A stretch of DNA of 64,000 nucleotides from Candidatus Bathyarchaeota archaeon (GCA_963770935.1 CAVYRJ010000014.1:61807-125806), one strand, 5' to 3'. Positions 1-10,759 are shown, counted from the first letter of the stretch. Program-made: numbers and translations. Notes: generated from the sequence alone by a model not told the origin.

Positions 1-236
1 TCTTTGATCGGTAAGCTCTTTTTTTGCCGCCTGTAAGTTTTCTTTTGCGCAAACTACTATGAGTAGACATATTCTACATTTCCTTGATTCGAGTAGTCAC
101 TAAAACTGTTAATTTCAATATAAACATATCCGTTTTAAGGTAGTTGTTCTCCAGTTCGAATTATCGTTTTAAGTATGGATTTAACGATGTTTTCTCTAAT
201 AGGACGCTTGATAATGTTTGGGGAGCAAAAAGGTTT

Positions 237-326
237 GTTAAGCGGATTTAGCCGTGGGCTAGCATCAAGGGGCGCAAAAGTAATTAACTGTCGCCTTCTT
301 TTTGTTAGCCGCCAGACCCGCTCAAC
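237..326. repeat. Long imperfect inverted repeat (~90 nt hairpin) in intergenic DNA
   Basis: Arms pair by eye: GTT-A-AGCGG (237-245) with CCGCT-C-AAC (318-326); GGCTAGCA (257-264) with TGTTAGCC (303-310); inner AAGGGGCG with CGCCTTCTT. Confidence 0.6.
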
Positions 327-517
327 TGTTGGCTCTTAGTAAATTGCTTTCTCACTACCCCATAACGATTCGATTTGATATAAGGCAATGTTGTTACATA
401 ATGAAGCAACAATTGCTATGTTCTTTACTGATTTTTCTAAGAACAAAATATGGAATTATACGTGTAATATGGGAAAAATAATAAGTGCCTGCTCAGCGAA
501 TGGTTATTGATAGCTGT

Positions 518-1609
518 ATGAAGAAAACAGCAGTATTCGTAGTATTCATTTTGGCGCTACTCATTTCCGCGACGTTTACGATTGGTATGGGAAATTCGGC
601 GCCCTCATATCCTGTCCCGACAGGGCCTTTAACTCCTCCAGTGATATCGCTGAAATCGCCGACAAGCACGACTTATGTGTCAAAGTTTGTACCATTAGAA
701 TTTTCTATGAACGGAAATTGGGATGGTTATGTGAACCATTGTTCTGTTGAGATTAGTATAGACGGAGGCGATCGATATGTTATCTATTATCTTAGATTCC
801 GTGTAAATGAGGTAGCTCAGAACTTTTCAGTAACTTTGGGGCCTCTTTCAGAAGGAATACACCAACTGCAAATCTTTGCTACCGTCGGTGGCATTTACAG
901 AACAGGTCCAAACTTTACTACTCTTGAGGTTAACGACTTTACTTCACAAGCTTCAGTTTACTTCACAGTTAACACTGCCAACCAAGCCCAAATCTCAATT
1001 CTCTCTCCACTAAACGAAACTTACAATGTAGATAAAATGATTCCATTGGAATTCACTATAGACAGGACAGAGTCAATTGTTAGCATGGGCTACACTGTAG
1101 ATGAGCAAGCGAATGTTACTGTGCCTAGAAACACAACATTGTATGGACCAATATCTGATGGCATGCACACATTGAAGGTTTATTCTTTATTCTCTGATAT
1201 ACTCCCAGTTTCTTCAACGGTTAACTTCACAGTTGATACCACGGCGCCAAATGTAGCAGTTCTTTCATTGCAAAACAAACTTTACAATTCATCCAAAATC
1301 CCTTTAGTTTTCACAGTTAACGAGTCAACTTCGTTAATTACCTACAACATGGACGGAAAAGTGTACACGATTGATGGAAATACAACTTTGACTGGGCTTC
1401 AAAACGTAGACCACAAATTAATAGTTTATGCGACAGATGAAGCAGGAAACGTTGGAGTCTCAGAAACAATTGATTTTAATGTACAAGTTCTACTTTCACC
1501 TCAGACGGCTCTACCGATTATACCGCCAATGATTGTAGTCCTTGTTGGTGGTCTAAGTCTTATGATTCTTATCAGGAAACGCAATCGAGCATCAGTAAAC
1601 AAACACTGA
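518..1609 (+). CDS. Exported Ig-like repeat surface protein with C-terminal membrane anchor
   Basis: MKK signal peptide from ATG 518. Three beta-rich repeats (ISILSPLNETY...GMHTLKVY; VDTTAPNV...VYATDEAGNVG). C-terminal TM followed by RKRNR. Confidence 0.8.
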   Translation: MKKTAVFVVFILALLISATFTIGMGNSAPSYPVPTGPLTPPVISLKSPTSTTYVSKFVPLEFSMNGNWDGYVNHCSVEISIDGGDRYVIYYLRFRVNEVAQNFSVTLGPLSEGIHQLQIFATVGGIYRTGPNFTTLEVNDFTSQASVYFTVNTANQAQISILSPLNETYNVDKMIPLEFTIDRTESIVSMGYTVDEQANVTVPRNTTLYGPISDGMHTLKVYSLFSDILPVSSTVNFTVDTTAPNVAVLSLQNKLYNSSKIPLVFTVNESTSLITYNMDGKVYTIDGNTTLTGLQNVDHKLIVYATDEAGNVGVSETIDFNVQVLLSPQTALPIIPPMIVVLVGGLSLMILIRKRNRASVNKH

Positions 1610-1715
1610 CAACTCATCTTGTACTCACTATCGGAAGCTGTCAGCTTTTGTCATATTTCATTTTCGGCTTGCTCGCGCATTACGATAAAATAGATTCTTT
1701 GAGTGTTATTGTAGC

Positions 1716-2318
1716 TTAGTTTTTTTGTTGCAGCCAACTGGACAAGTAAACTTGGTTTGTGTTTCCCGTCTTTTCCAGTGAAACGATTCCTCTGTCAGCT
1801 AGGCGTGCGATTATTCGGTGGGTTTGGAGTCTGCTCAGCCCAGTTTCGCTTCGAATGTATTTTTGGAGGTATTTGCCTTGATGGCTGTTTAGGACCTCAA
1901 CCACTTTACGTTCTTCTTCGGTTAAGGTTTTAAGGACGGATTCATAGGCTGTTGAACCATTCGCGGCTGGCTGAATTGCCGCAATGTTTTGCGTAGCTTG
2001 AATTACTCCTACAGTTCCAACCCGAATTTGAGGATAGAGCAGATAATAGCCTACACCAATAATTCCAATAACTGTCACACCAATTAAGACCGCGAACAAG
2101 ACGCCAAAGAAAGGCAGCAGACCGCTTGATGTTGTAGTTGTGGTTCCTCCCATCATGCCGCCCATTCCGTCGTAGTTGTTTGAGCCTCCCCACATTTGGC
2201 TCATCCAGTTGGCTGGGTTTTGAGGTTGTGAGAAGATGGCAAAGCCGATGGCCGTTGCTGCTATAAGGGCTGCTATGGAAGCAATCAGTATGATTAGAAA
2301 CATGTTAGCTCTTTTCAT
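1716..2318 (-). CDS. Membrane-anchored winged-HTH protein (2 TM, Met/Gly-rich loop, C-terminal MarR-like HTH)
   Basis: Two hydrophobic segments flank WMSQMWGG...GMGGMMGG. C-terminus LTEEERKVVEVL...QKYIRSETGLSRLQTHRIIARLADRGIV is a typical wHTH. Confidence 0.75.
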   Translation of the reverse strand: MKRANMFLIILIASIAALIAATAIGFAIFSQPQNPANWMSQMWGGSNNYDGMGGMMGGTTTTTSSGLLPFFGVLFAVLIGVTVIGIIGVGYYLLYPQIRVGTVGVIQATQNIAAIQPAANGSTAYESVLKTLTEEERKVVEVLNSHQGKYLQKYIRSETGLSRLQTHRIIARLADRGIVSLEKTGNTNQVYLSSWLQQKN

Positions 2319-2376
2319 GTTATATCTAAATTAGACTCATCTTGGAGAGATTTAAGGATTTTTCCATTTAAACCAA

Positions 2377-2432
2377 ATTTCAACATCAAAATCTCAGAAA
2401 CAGTTTCACCTAACCGTTTCAAAAATGTTTCA
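2377..2432. promoter_or_regulatory. Phased RTTTCA direct repeats between divergent genes (candidate operator)
   Basis: ATTTCA 2377, ATCTCA 2391, GTTTCA 2403, 2416 and 2427; spacing 11-14 bp. Confidence 0.4.
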
Positions 2433-2484
2433 GCCAACCCTCAAACCAACCGCACCCAATAGATTTGTTGAGGTGAAAAGTGAA

Positions 2485-2745
2485 ATGACCAAAACAAAAA
2501 TCATCCTCGTGGTCTTAGCGTTGTCGCTTGTAATCATGGCGGCCGCTGGAGTAGCCTACGCACAATCAGTCAGCGCCCAAAACCAAAATGGAACCTACAG
2601 ACAAACGCCCGTACAAGAGGACAACGGCTACAACGGATGCTACCCATCAAACATTGGCAACGGCTACAGCGGTTACACGCAAAGTTCACAGCAAGGCGCT
2701 TGTCCCTACGGAATTGGAATGGGAATGTGTGGACGCTACTGGTAA
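2485..2745 (+). CDS. Small secreted Gly/Tyr/Cys/Met-rich protein
   Basis: GAGGTG SD before ATG 2485. Signal peptide ending AYA. Tail GACPYGIGMGMCGRYW. Confidence 0.65.
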   Translation: MTKTKIILVVLALSLVIMAAAGVAYAQSVSAQNQNGTYRQTPVQEDNGYNGCYPSNIGNGYSGYTQSSQQGACPYGIGMGMCGRYW

Positions 2746-2792
2746 AATCCAGCGGATCCAGAATTTTTACCCTTTTTTGTCGTTAATTTATT

Positions 2793-4421
2793 TTATTCAA
2801 TAGATGTTGGCTTGTATCTAGACAAGATTCCTTTGGTAATTTTTGGCGGTCTTGGTTTCCAAGCAGATAGGCGTGTTTTGAGTTCTTTGTCAGTTAAATC
2901 GACTTTCAGTGTTCGGTTGGGTATGTCAATTTTTATGGTGTCGCCGTTTTTGAGAACTGCGATTGGTCCGCCTTCAAAAGCTTCTGGTGCAACATGTCCG
3001 ATGCTGCCTCCGCGTGTGGCGCCTGAGAAGCGTCCGTCAGTAATCAAGGCAACGCTTTCAGATAGGCCCATGCCTGCGATAGTCGCGGTTGGAAATAGCA
3101 TTTCAGGCATTCCAGGTCCGCCTCTTGGTCCCTCATACCGTATGACGATGACGTCGCCGGGTTTGATTTCGTTTCCTCGTATGGCTTTGAGTGCTTCCTT
3201 TTCTGAGTCGTAGACTTTTGCTGGACCTGTGTGTTTCTGCATTTTTGGTGAGACGCCTGCGGTTTTGATGACTGATCCTTTGGGTGCGAGGTTGCCGGTT
3301 AAGATGGCGATGCCGCCTTCTTTATGAACGGGGTTTGCAAGGGTGTGGATGACTTCTCTGTCTAAGACCACTGCATCTTTGATGTTTTCGCCCACTGTTT
3401 TGCCCGAGACAGTTGGCAACTTTAGGTTAAGCAGGGTTTTGAGTTCGTTCATGACTGCTGGGACTCCGCCCGCTGCATCCAAATCCTCAAGTGCATAGGT
3501 TCCGCTTGGAATCATGCTGCATAAGTGTGGAACTTTTCTGCCGATTTCATCAAAGGTTGACAGGGGCAAGGTTAAACCTGCTTCTTTAGCGATGGCTGGT
3601 AGATGCAACGTCGTGTTGGTTGAGCCGCCAAGAGCCATGTCGAGTGCGATGGCGTTTTCGAAAGCTTCCTTGGTTAGAATCTGCGATGGCTTAAGGTCAG
3701 TTTGGACTAGTTTTATGATTTGTTTTCCTGTAGCTCTGGCTAATCGAAGTTTGAATGCGCTGTTTGCAAGAGATGTTGCACAATAAGGCAGCGACAACCC
3801 TAAACCTTCGGTCATGCATGCCATGGTGTTGGCGGTGAACATACCGCTGCAGGAACCGCATCCTGGACAGGCGTTTTCTTCCATCTCGCATAATTCGCCT
3901 TCAGTCATTTTTCCTGCCGCTACTTGTCCTAGTGCTTCTGGCATTGCGGAGTAACTTATTTTTTTGCCGTGGTGACGGCCTGCTGCCATGGGTCCGCCTG
4001 TAACCATTATAGCTGGGATGTTGACTCTTGCGGCAGCCATGAGCATACCTGGAGTGATTTTGTCACAGTTCGAAATCATAACAAGACCATCTAAACTATG
4101 GGCTTGAAGCATAATCTCCACTGAATCCGCGACTATTTCCCTTGAGGGCAACGAATACCGCATGCCTTCGTGTCCCATTGCGATGCCATCGCAAACGGCG
4201 ATCGTGCTGAATTCGAAGGGTGTGCCGCCCGCAGCGAGGACGCCTTCTTTTACCGCTTCGCCAATCGTGCGGAGATGTATGTGTCCGGGAACAATGTTTG
4301 TGTAGCTATTAGCTATACCAATCAATGGTTTTGCTATGTCATCATCTTGTAAACCTAAAGATTTTAAGAGCGCTCTATGGGGCGCTTTCTCTGTTCCCTT
4401 TCTTATTTGGTCGCTTCGCAT
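2793..4421 (-). CDS. ilvD: Dihydroxy-acid dehydratase
   Basis: Motifs [63 protein letters not shown]. Likely start MRSDQ at 4421. Confidence 0.95.
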   Translation of the reverse strand: MRSDQIRKGTEKAPHRALLKSLGLQDDDIAKPLIGIANSYTNIVPGHIHLRTIGEAVKEGVLAAGGTPFEFSTIAVCDGIAMGHEGMRYSLPSREIVADSVEIMLQAHSLDGLVMISNCDKITPGMLMAAARVNIPAIMVTGGPMAAGRHHGKKISYSAMPEALGQVAAGKMTEGELCEMEENACPGCGSCSGMFTANTMACMTEGLGLSLPYCATSLANSAFKLRLARATGKQIIKLVQTDLKPSQILTKEAFENAIALDMALGGSTNTTLHLPAIAKEAGLTLPLSTFDEIGRKVPHLCSMIPSGTYALEDLDAAGGVPAVMNELKTLLNLKLPTVSGKTVGENIKDAVVLDREVIHTLANPVHKEGGIAILTGNLAPKGSVIKTAGVSPKMQKHTGPAKVYDSEKEALKAIRGNEIKPGDVIVIRYEGPRGGPGMPEMLFPTATIAGMGLSESVALITDGRFSGATRGGSIGHVAPEAFEGGPIAVLKNGDTIKIDIPNRTLKVDLTDKELKTRLSAWKPRPPKITKGILSRYKPTSIE

Positions 4422-4506
4422 TCTACTAGCCTCATGATGCATTAAAACACCAATAATTTTATATTTAAGGTTGACCCCTTGAAAATGAATGTGATTTAAA
4501 TGGGGT

Positions 4507-6018
4507 ATTGCTTTATTCAACCGCTTCCCTAAACATCTAAAATTTTTAGACACCACCCTTCGTGATGGTGAACAAACACCTGGAGTTTCGCTTGTTCCTG
4601 AAAACAAATTGAGGATTGCGCAGCGCCTTGACGAGCTTGGTGTGGATTTTATCGAGGCTGGGTTCGCTGCTGTTTCTGAAGGTGAGATGGAATCTGTCAG
4701 CCTCATCGCCAAGCAGGGTTTGAGAGCTAAAGTTTACAGCGCTGCTAGAGGCACACGAAATGACATTGATGCTGTTTTGAAGAGTGGTGCTTCTGGCATA
4801 AGCATGATTGTTCCAACCTCTGACCTGCATATCGAATGCAAACTGCATAAAACTCGAGAAGAGATGCTTAAGGTAACAGCAGACTGCGTTGATTATGCTA
4901 AAGATCACGGTTTGGATGTCGAGTTTTTGGCTGAAGATGCAACGCGATCAGATTTCGATTATCTAACGAAAGTCTTCTTAACAGCTATCGACTCTGGAGT
5001 AGATCGCATTGTTCCATGTGACACTGTGGGAATCTTAACTCCTGAACGTTCAGCAGAATTCTTTTCAAAACTCAGCGAAAAGATCAAGGTTCCAGTAGGT
5101 GTGCATTGCCACAACGATTTCGGCATGGCAGTTGCTAACACAGTTGCTGCTTTGGGTTCAGGGGCTCAAGAAGCGCATGCCACTATAAACGGCTTAGGTG
5201 AACGCGCAGGAAACGCTTCACTTGAAGAGATAGTTGTCACGTTAAAGTCGCTCTACAAGCTGGATTTGAATGTGAAGACTGAATTGCTTTACAGTACCTC
5301 TCAATTGGTATCACGGTTGACTGGGGTTTACGTTCAGCCAAATAAGGCAATTGTGGGCGAAAACGCTTTCACGCACGAGTCTGGCATTCATACGCAGGGT
5401 CTGCTTTCTAATCCATTGACTTATGAGCCGATTACTCCTGAACTTGTCGGTCGTACACGTCGCCTATCCCCTGGAAAGCATTCTGGGTCGCATGCTATAC
5501 GAGCGAACTTGGAACATATGGGTCTTAAGCCTAGCGGACAGCAGTTTAAAGAGATTTTCCAACGGATCAAAGAACTTGGTGACAAAGGCAAAACCGTTAT
5601 GGATGCGGATGTTTTGGCTATCGCTGAAACCGTGATGGGTTTGAGTCAAGCTAAACCAATTCAGCTTGAAGAAATGACGTTCGTTGGCGGCGATAAAGTT
5701 ACGGCAACAGCTTCAGTTAGATTAAAAGTAAACGGCAAGGTTGTTTGGGGTGCAGCAGTCGGCGTGGGACCAGTGGATGCAGCTATAAACGCGGTTAAAG
5801 ATGCCATCGCAGAAACCGAACCTATAACATTGGAGCAATACAACGTTAAAGCAATCACTGGCGGAACAGATGCAATGGTTGAAGTTGTTGTACGTATGCG
5901 TAAAGGCAACCGAACCGTTACAGCTTTGGGTGTGCGTGAAGACATCGTTAAAGCCAGCATGGAAGCGGTGCTAAGCGGCATGAACGTGCTAACAACCGAC
6001 TATAACAATAAAAGTTAA
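4507..6018 (+). CDS. 2-isopropylmalate / (R)-citramalate synthase family (LeuA/CimA) with regulatory domain
   Basis: [12 protein letters not shown] is in frame upstream of the listed ORF start. [30 protein letters not shown] present. Start codon uncertain. Confidence 0.9.
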   Translation: MALFNRFPKHLKFLDTTLRDGEQTPGVSLVPENKLRIAQRLDELGVDFIEAGFAAVSEGEMESVSLIAKQGLRAKVYSAARGTRNDIDAVLKSGASGISMIVPTSDLHIECKLHKTREEMLKVTADCVDYAKDHGLDVEFLAEDATRSDFDYLTKVFLTAIDSGVDRIVPCDTVGILTPERSAEFFSKLSEKIKVPVGVHCHNDFGMAVANTVAALGSGAQEAHATINGLGERAGNASLEEIVVTLKSLYKLDLNVKTELLYSTSQLVSRLTGVYVQPNKAIVGENAFTHESGIHTQGLLSNPLTYEPITPELVGRTRRLSPGKHSGSHAIRANLEHMGLKPSGQQFKEIFQRIKELGDKGKTVMDADVLAIAETVMGLSQAKPIQLEEMTFVGGDKVTATASVRLKVNGKVVWGAAVGVGPVDAAINAVKDAIAETEPITLEQYNVKAITGGTDAMVEVVVRMRKGNRTVTALGVREDIVKASMEAVLSGMNVLTTDYNNKS

Positions 6019-6110
6019 AAACAATAGCGATCAAAAAATCTTATTCCATTTTGTATAATAACGCTTTTTTGTCGTAAGGCTTATAATCTTTGTTTATCAA
6101 AACTCATAAA

Positions 6111-6491
6111 ATGAATAAAATTCAGAAAATTGGAATATTAGCGTTTATTGTCATAGTTCTTGTAGCTATTTCTACACTTTATTTTTTAAATAACAGTAAA
6201 ATCGCCTTAAAAGAATCTGAGGCGATTTCTTTGCTGAAAGATAAATATCCAGAATACAAAAACTATCCAAATGACCACCTGCCTCCACAATCAATCCAAA
6301 CAAAACAGACCTCAAACGGTTGGTACGTCGCTTTTGTACAGGAAGGGTCAGGCAGACCTATACTTGAAGCAAAATGTTACTTTATTACGGACGACAAATC
6401 CATTATTTTCATTGGGGAATATTTGCCTAAAGTCGGAGAAGACCGTTTTGACCTTTCGGGGGAAAGCATTTTCAATCTTTGGCTCCAATAA
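6111..6491 (+). CDS. Hypothetical membrane-anchored protein
   Basis: N-terminal TM after MNKIQK; AT-rich ORF; no recognised family. Confidence 0.6.
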   Translation: MNKIQKIGILAFIVIVLVAISTLYFLNNSKIALKESEAISLLKDKYPEYKNYPNDHLPPQSIQTKQTSNGWYVAFVQEGSGRPILEAKCYFITDDKSIIFIGEYLPKVGEDRFDLSGESIFNLWLQ

Positions 6492-6668
6492 TTTTCGAAG
6501 ACTTGACAGAACCGCAAAAACGATTGTTGTAGTATTGCAACTACTGCAAACACTTTTAGAGCTAAACCACTTGATTTTTTTGTCGCGGCTTGCTCCTAAG
6601 TGGCGGGTCCTTCTGATGAAAAACGGAATAAACTGGGGTTTTGTATGGTTTTAGTAGAAGGAATCAAT

Positions 6669-6995
6669 ATGAAAAGCGAATGTATACCCAAAAGGCGTCT
6701 CGCAGCAGCGTGGAGAACGCTAAGTCGCAAGCCTATGCCGAAAGTTAAAGCGTTTAGGTTAAACGACGACGACTTTAACCGTGCATTGTATCAGCGCCAA
6801 TGCAAAGAGGATGATTTTCGGGAGATTGAAGAGTGGGGCAGACTTCTTTCAACTAAGGGTACGGATGCTTGTGTGTTTAATGGCGATGAAACTGACGATT
6901 CTGACTACATTATTTTAGTTAGGGAAAATCCCTATCACAGTCTTGATGAAATTATCATTCATGAATTATCGCATATTGCAAGAGGAGACCTCTGA
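6669..6995 (+). CDS. Small protein with HExxH motif (possible minimal metallopeptidase)
   Basis: C-terminal EIIIHELSHIARGD. Confidence 0.55.
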   Translation: MKSECIPKRRLAAAWRTLSRKPMPKVKAFRLNDDDFNRALYQRQCKEDDFREIEEWGRLLSTKGTDACVFNGDETDDSDYIILVRENPYHSLDEIIIHELSHIARGDL

Positions 6996-7958
6996 CTAAA
7001 TTTTCTGGGTAATAGCTTCTGAAAACAATTTTATCCCATCCAAGCTTGGCAAGTCTGCAAAGTACAGCATAAAATAAGTAACATCCAAATCCAAGTAAAT
7101 ATTCAACTGTTCTTTGCATTCGTCAGGTGTCACTGCCAAGGTGGATTTCCTGTAGTCTTCCAAGCTCATATTCGGAGGTTTAAATTTTGAAATCTTCTCG
7201 GTTAATTCGTTTTGGTTTTTGGCAATTAATATTTGTCCGCTTGGCCAGCATGAGCGCTCAATTTCACCAAAATCCCTGCCAACCGCCTTGCAGCGGTTCT
7301 CTAAAACTTCTAGCTTGTGCTTATATACGTCTACTGTTGGCAAGAAGCCCCAATCAAATCTGTCTGCGTAAGTCGCGGTAACTTTAAGGGTGTACTTTTC
7401 TCCGCTACCACCTATTGTGATTGGTGGATGAGGCTTCTGCAAAGGTTTAGGTTCGCAAACAGCATCTTTGAGCGAATAGTGGTTGCCCAGGTAGGTTGCT
7501 TTTTCTTTGGTCCACAATCTTGTAATTACTTCTAAAGCCTCACCCAAATGGGCTGCTCTAACTCTAGGGTTGGGAAAGTCAAAGCCATAAGCAACATGCT
7601 CGTTTTCTTGGACTCCTGCTCCTATGCCGAACTCTAACCTGCCACTCGAGATGACATCGAGCGTAGCTGCGGTTTTGGCGAGTAGTGCCGGGTTTCTGTG
7701 CTGATTGCAGGAAACCATTGTTCCCAACCGAATCCTGCTGGTTAAGGAAGACAGCGCGGAAAGAGTTGTCCAAGACTCAAAGATTGGCCAGCTATTGTAC
7801 ATTAAATGGTCGTCAAGCCAAACCGAATCGTAACCTAACGTTTCGCATTCTAAAACAATGTTTTTGAGACGGTGAAATTGTTCTTTGGGATTTTTGGCTT
7901 GAAATCCATAGAAGGGTAAGAATACGCCGAATTTTAGTTTGCCCAAGCAATCCTCCAA
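6996..7958 (-). CDS. LLM-class (probably F420-dependent) oxidoreductase
   Basis: GYDSVWLDDH, RIRLGTMV, RNPALLAK..ATLDVISSGRLEFGIGAG, PKPLQKPHPPITIGGSGE. Confidence 0.9.
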   Translation of the reverse strand: MEDCLGKLKFGVFLPFYGFQAKNPKEQFHRLKNIVLECETLGYDSVWLDDHLMYNSWPIFESWTTLSALSSLTSRIRLGTMVSCNQHRNPALLAKTAATLDVISSGRLEFGIGAGVQENEHVAYGFDFPNPRVRAAHLGEALEVITRLWTKEKATYLGNHYSLKDAVCEPKPLQKPHPPITIGGSGEKYTLKVTATYADRFDWGFLPTVDVYKHKLEVLENRCKAVGRDFGEIERSCWPSGQILIAKNQNELTEKISKFKPPNMSLEDYRKSTLAVTPDECKEQLNIYLDLDVTYFMLYFADLPSLDGIKLFSEAITQKI

Positions 7959-8266
7959 CCTGCTAAGCTATGATTTAGAATCTATTTGGCGCAAGAAGGT
8001 TATAGACTTTAGCCAAAATGAAGTTACGCATTTGGGGTTTTGATCTTATTTGCTTCAAAGTTTTTTTGTTATTCAGAAGCAATTGTCCGTTGGAAGGTGG
8101 TGATGTCTCTGCTCAATTTCTTTATGATTTGACACTATCAGGGACTTTAGCCCTAACTCTTCAAAAGAATTAAATTATACGATGAAAATACTGAGACTTT
8201 TTGTCTTAAGAATGTGCAAAAACAATTTATTTCAAAAATAGTATTCATCAACTGGAGTTTTTAACC

Positions 8267-9748
8267 ATGTCTTCTAAGGAAACGAAAGTTAAAGATAAGA
8301 AATCTGTCGCGATTGAAGAACGTTTTTTTGAACTTCGCGAAACTGGTAAAGCAATTAAAAAACTAGTCGAAGATGAAAAAGGTTTCAACGAGTGGTAGAA
8401 GCATTTCGAGCCCAAAATCAAGCCAGTTTTCAAGCAGAACTAGAAAAGAACGCGTTTAACTGAATATTGCAGGTGGATCTGTCAATGGCTATGTAGCAAG
8501 CACTGCGTATTTGTTTGCATTAAGCTTTGGCGGACCTCCAATAAATGAGCAGCCATCCATCGCTGAGATGCGAGAGTTTGCATTGGTAACCGCACGTATT
8601 GCCGAAGATGATGCACTTCTCAAACAATTCGTTGATGTTGTTGATCGCGAGGAAGGCAAGCAATTTAAAGGTTTAATCGTAAAGAACAAACTGTTGTGTT
8701 TTTGCCATCAAGTTTGTCTTGGTTGTGCTCAGTTCGTTGTCGACGAGTTCGCGATTTAATGTGCCTGAGACCACAGATAACGCGGATTGGATCGATTCCT
8801 ATTTCCCAGATTGATTCTCAAGGATTCGGGGAACTGTACTCAAGCATGCCACCCTTTCAAGTACCGCCTCCAGCCCCAGCAAGCGGTGTTGTTGACCACA
8901 TCTTTTCTGGTGCTTCAGCTGAATTGAGAGGGGTATTCAATATGGCTGCTGCTACCCAGTATCTCGTAGAGATTTCTTCGAATCCCGGTGGACCATATAA
9001 ACCAATAATTACTGATGTGCAAGGGTACAACTACATCAGTGTATTTCCTTGGATTCAACCAGTGACGCGAAAGCCCTCTGGGGGCTCTGATCCAGGTGGA
9101 TGGTTCAACGTACTCGATTCAACAGTAAATCGACTGAATTCATTTGATGGAATTCCTGACTCCAATGGAGGACCAAACGCAATTGCTGAAAAACGCCTAA
9201 TGGATTGGCTAACAACAACCTTTCCAGATGGAACGGCTGGGGCACCAGACGGGATCTACTACTTGCGTCTTAGAGTAAGGGATGGCGGTGGCACTACATT
9301 AGTAAGTAGTCCGCAGGTAGTTCAAACTGACAACACAGGGCCTCCAACACCAGTGATAACGCTCCAATTACAGAAGAAAGATGGAACCCGTATTCCACTT
9401 AAGTGTGGAGGGTCAAGTAGTGTGAAGGTGTGATAGTGGTAACAGTTCAGGCGTATGATACAAGAAGTTTTAGTCGTCTAGGCGTCGCTGCAGATGGAAA
9501 CTCGAAACTCTTTCCGTTCCAATTGTAGAGATCAATGCTGTTACTTTGTCAAAAACCTGTAATGGAAATCTTGCTGACAAGGATACCCAGTATTAACGGA
9601 GTTCCTTTGGGATCCATGGAGCGATCCTCGGATTATTCCTTGTTGCTACGTAGTTAGAATAGATATCTGGACCCAAGCGGCGCTCAACAATAGCTGGAGC
9701 GGTGGACACGGAAACTCTGGTTGGGAAGCGATCGAAATTGGTTTCTAA
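8267..9748 (+). CDS. Unknown protein with two (Cx3)n cysteine-ladder repeats and a beta-rich C-terminal region; multiply frameshifted
   Basis: GGAG SD and ATG 8267. Joined frames read MSSKETK...CRWICQWLCSKHCVFVC...CHQVCxWLCSVRCRRVRDLMC...PCCYVVRIDIW...WEAIEIGF*. Confidence 0.6.
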
Positions 9749-9782
9749 TCCTGAAAGCTGCTAATGGATGCACAACATGTCT

Positions 9783-9803
9783 GGGGTTAAAATCCCCTTT
9801 TTT
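9783..9803 (+). terminator. Short hairpin plus T-tract after the Cys-repeat gene
   Basis: GGGG-TTAAAAT-CCCC followed by TTTTTT. Confidence 0.45.
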
Positions 9804-9931
9804 CCATTAATGTTTTGTCTTTTTTAATGCCATTAGCTTAGAAATATTGATCTTTGCTGCAATTTTGCAAGGTAAAAAAACGTACGGTTTACAATTTTGT
9901 GAATTTCAGTGTAGACCCAACATCAACAGAA

Positions 9932-10759
9932 TTATTTTTTCTGCCAGAATTCGGCTAATGCAGTGAGTGCATTTTCAAACAAGTAATCTTGAGGTATAAC
10001 GTCAACTTTTATTTCCATTTCCTTTAAGGATTCGGCGGTTGTGGGACCAATAGCCACTGTTGTCACTTTTTCATCGATTATGCTACGGAGTTTTTCCATA
10101 GATGCTTTTTCAGTGAGCATTTTGAAGATGTTCTTGGCGCTCAAGCCGCTGCCGAAAACAATAGCGTCGATCCTTCCGCTGGTTAGGTCTTCATAGAACT
10201 TGGCTGTTAGTTTCTCATCCACGGGCAAACCTGACTCGTAAACGTAGATTTCCTCTACGTCGGCATCCATTTCTTTGAGTTTCTCAGTTAAGGTCGGGGT
10301 TGCGTTGCTGGTTCTTGGGATGCGGATTTTTTTGCCGGAGAGCTGTTTGCCCTGGAGAGATTCGATTATTCCCTCAGAACTGTACTTTGTCGGCACCATG
10401 TCCACTCGGACGTTTTTTTCTTTTAGGGCTTCGGCTGTTCGTGGACCAACCGCAATAACAAACGCCTTATCCAATCCCTTTTGCAACTTGCTGGTTAGCT
10501 TTAATTCGTCAGCGTCTTCAAAGAGGTACTTGACGCCGTTGGTGCTCATCAAAATAACATAATCAACCTGTTCCTTTTGCAGTTCGATGATGAATTTTTT
10601 TACGGACGCAAAATTGCTTAAGCCCTTGATCTCTATGGCTGGAATGTAGTAGGGTATACCTCCCATGTCGCTGATTAGTTTACCAGCTTCTTCCGCCTGA
10701 CCCGCCGGACGCGTTAAAGCAACGGTTTTGCCTATTAGGTTAGGGGTTTTTTGAACCAT
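9932..10759 (-). CDS. hemD: Uroporphyrinogen-III synthase
   Basis: VALTRP, MSTNGV, AVGPRTAEAL, AIGPTTAESL; hem cluster context. Confidence 0.9.
   Translation of the reverse strand: MVQKTPNLIGKTVALTRPAGQAEEAGKLISDMGGIPYYIPAIEIKGLSNFASVKKFIIELQKEQVDYVILMSTNGVKYLFEDADELKLTSKLQKGLDKAFVIAVGPRTAEALKEKNVRVDMVPTKYSSEGIIESLQGKQLSGKKIRIPRTSNATPTLTEKLKEMDADVEEIYVYESGLPVDEKLTAKFYEDLTSGRIDAIVFGSGLSAKNIFKMLTEKASMEKLRSIIDEKVTTVAIGPTTAESLKEMEIKVDVIPQDYLFENALTALAEFWQKK

Noticed and set aside
4422-4712. N-terminal extension of the ilvD ORF and the many antisense ORFs in the track
   Set aside because: Shadow frames overlapping well-supported genes on the opposite strand.
1664-6595. Shared CGGCTTGCTC after two accessory genes (~1665 and ~6586)
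   Set aside because: Only about 10 bp with no wider similarity; not distinguishable from chance by eye.
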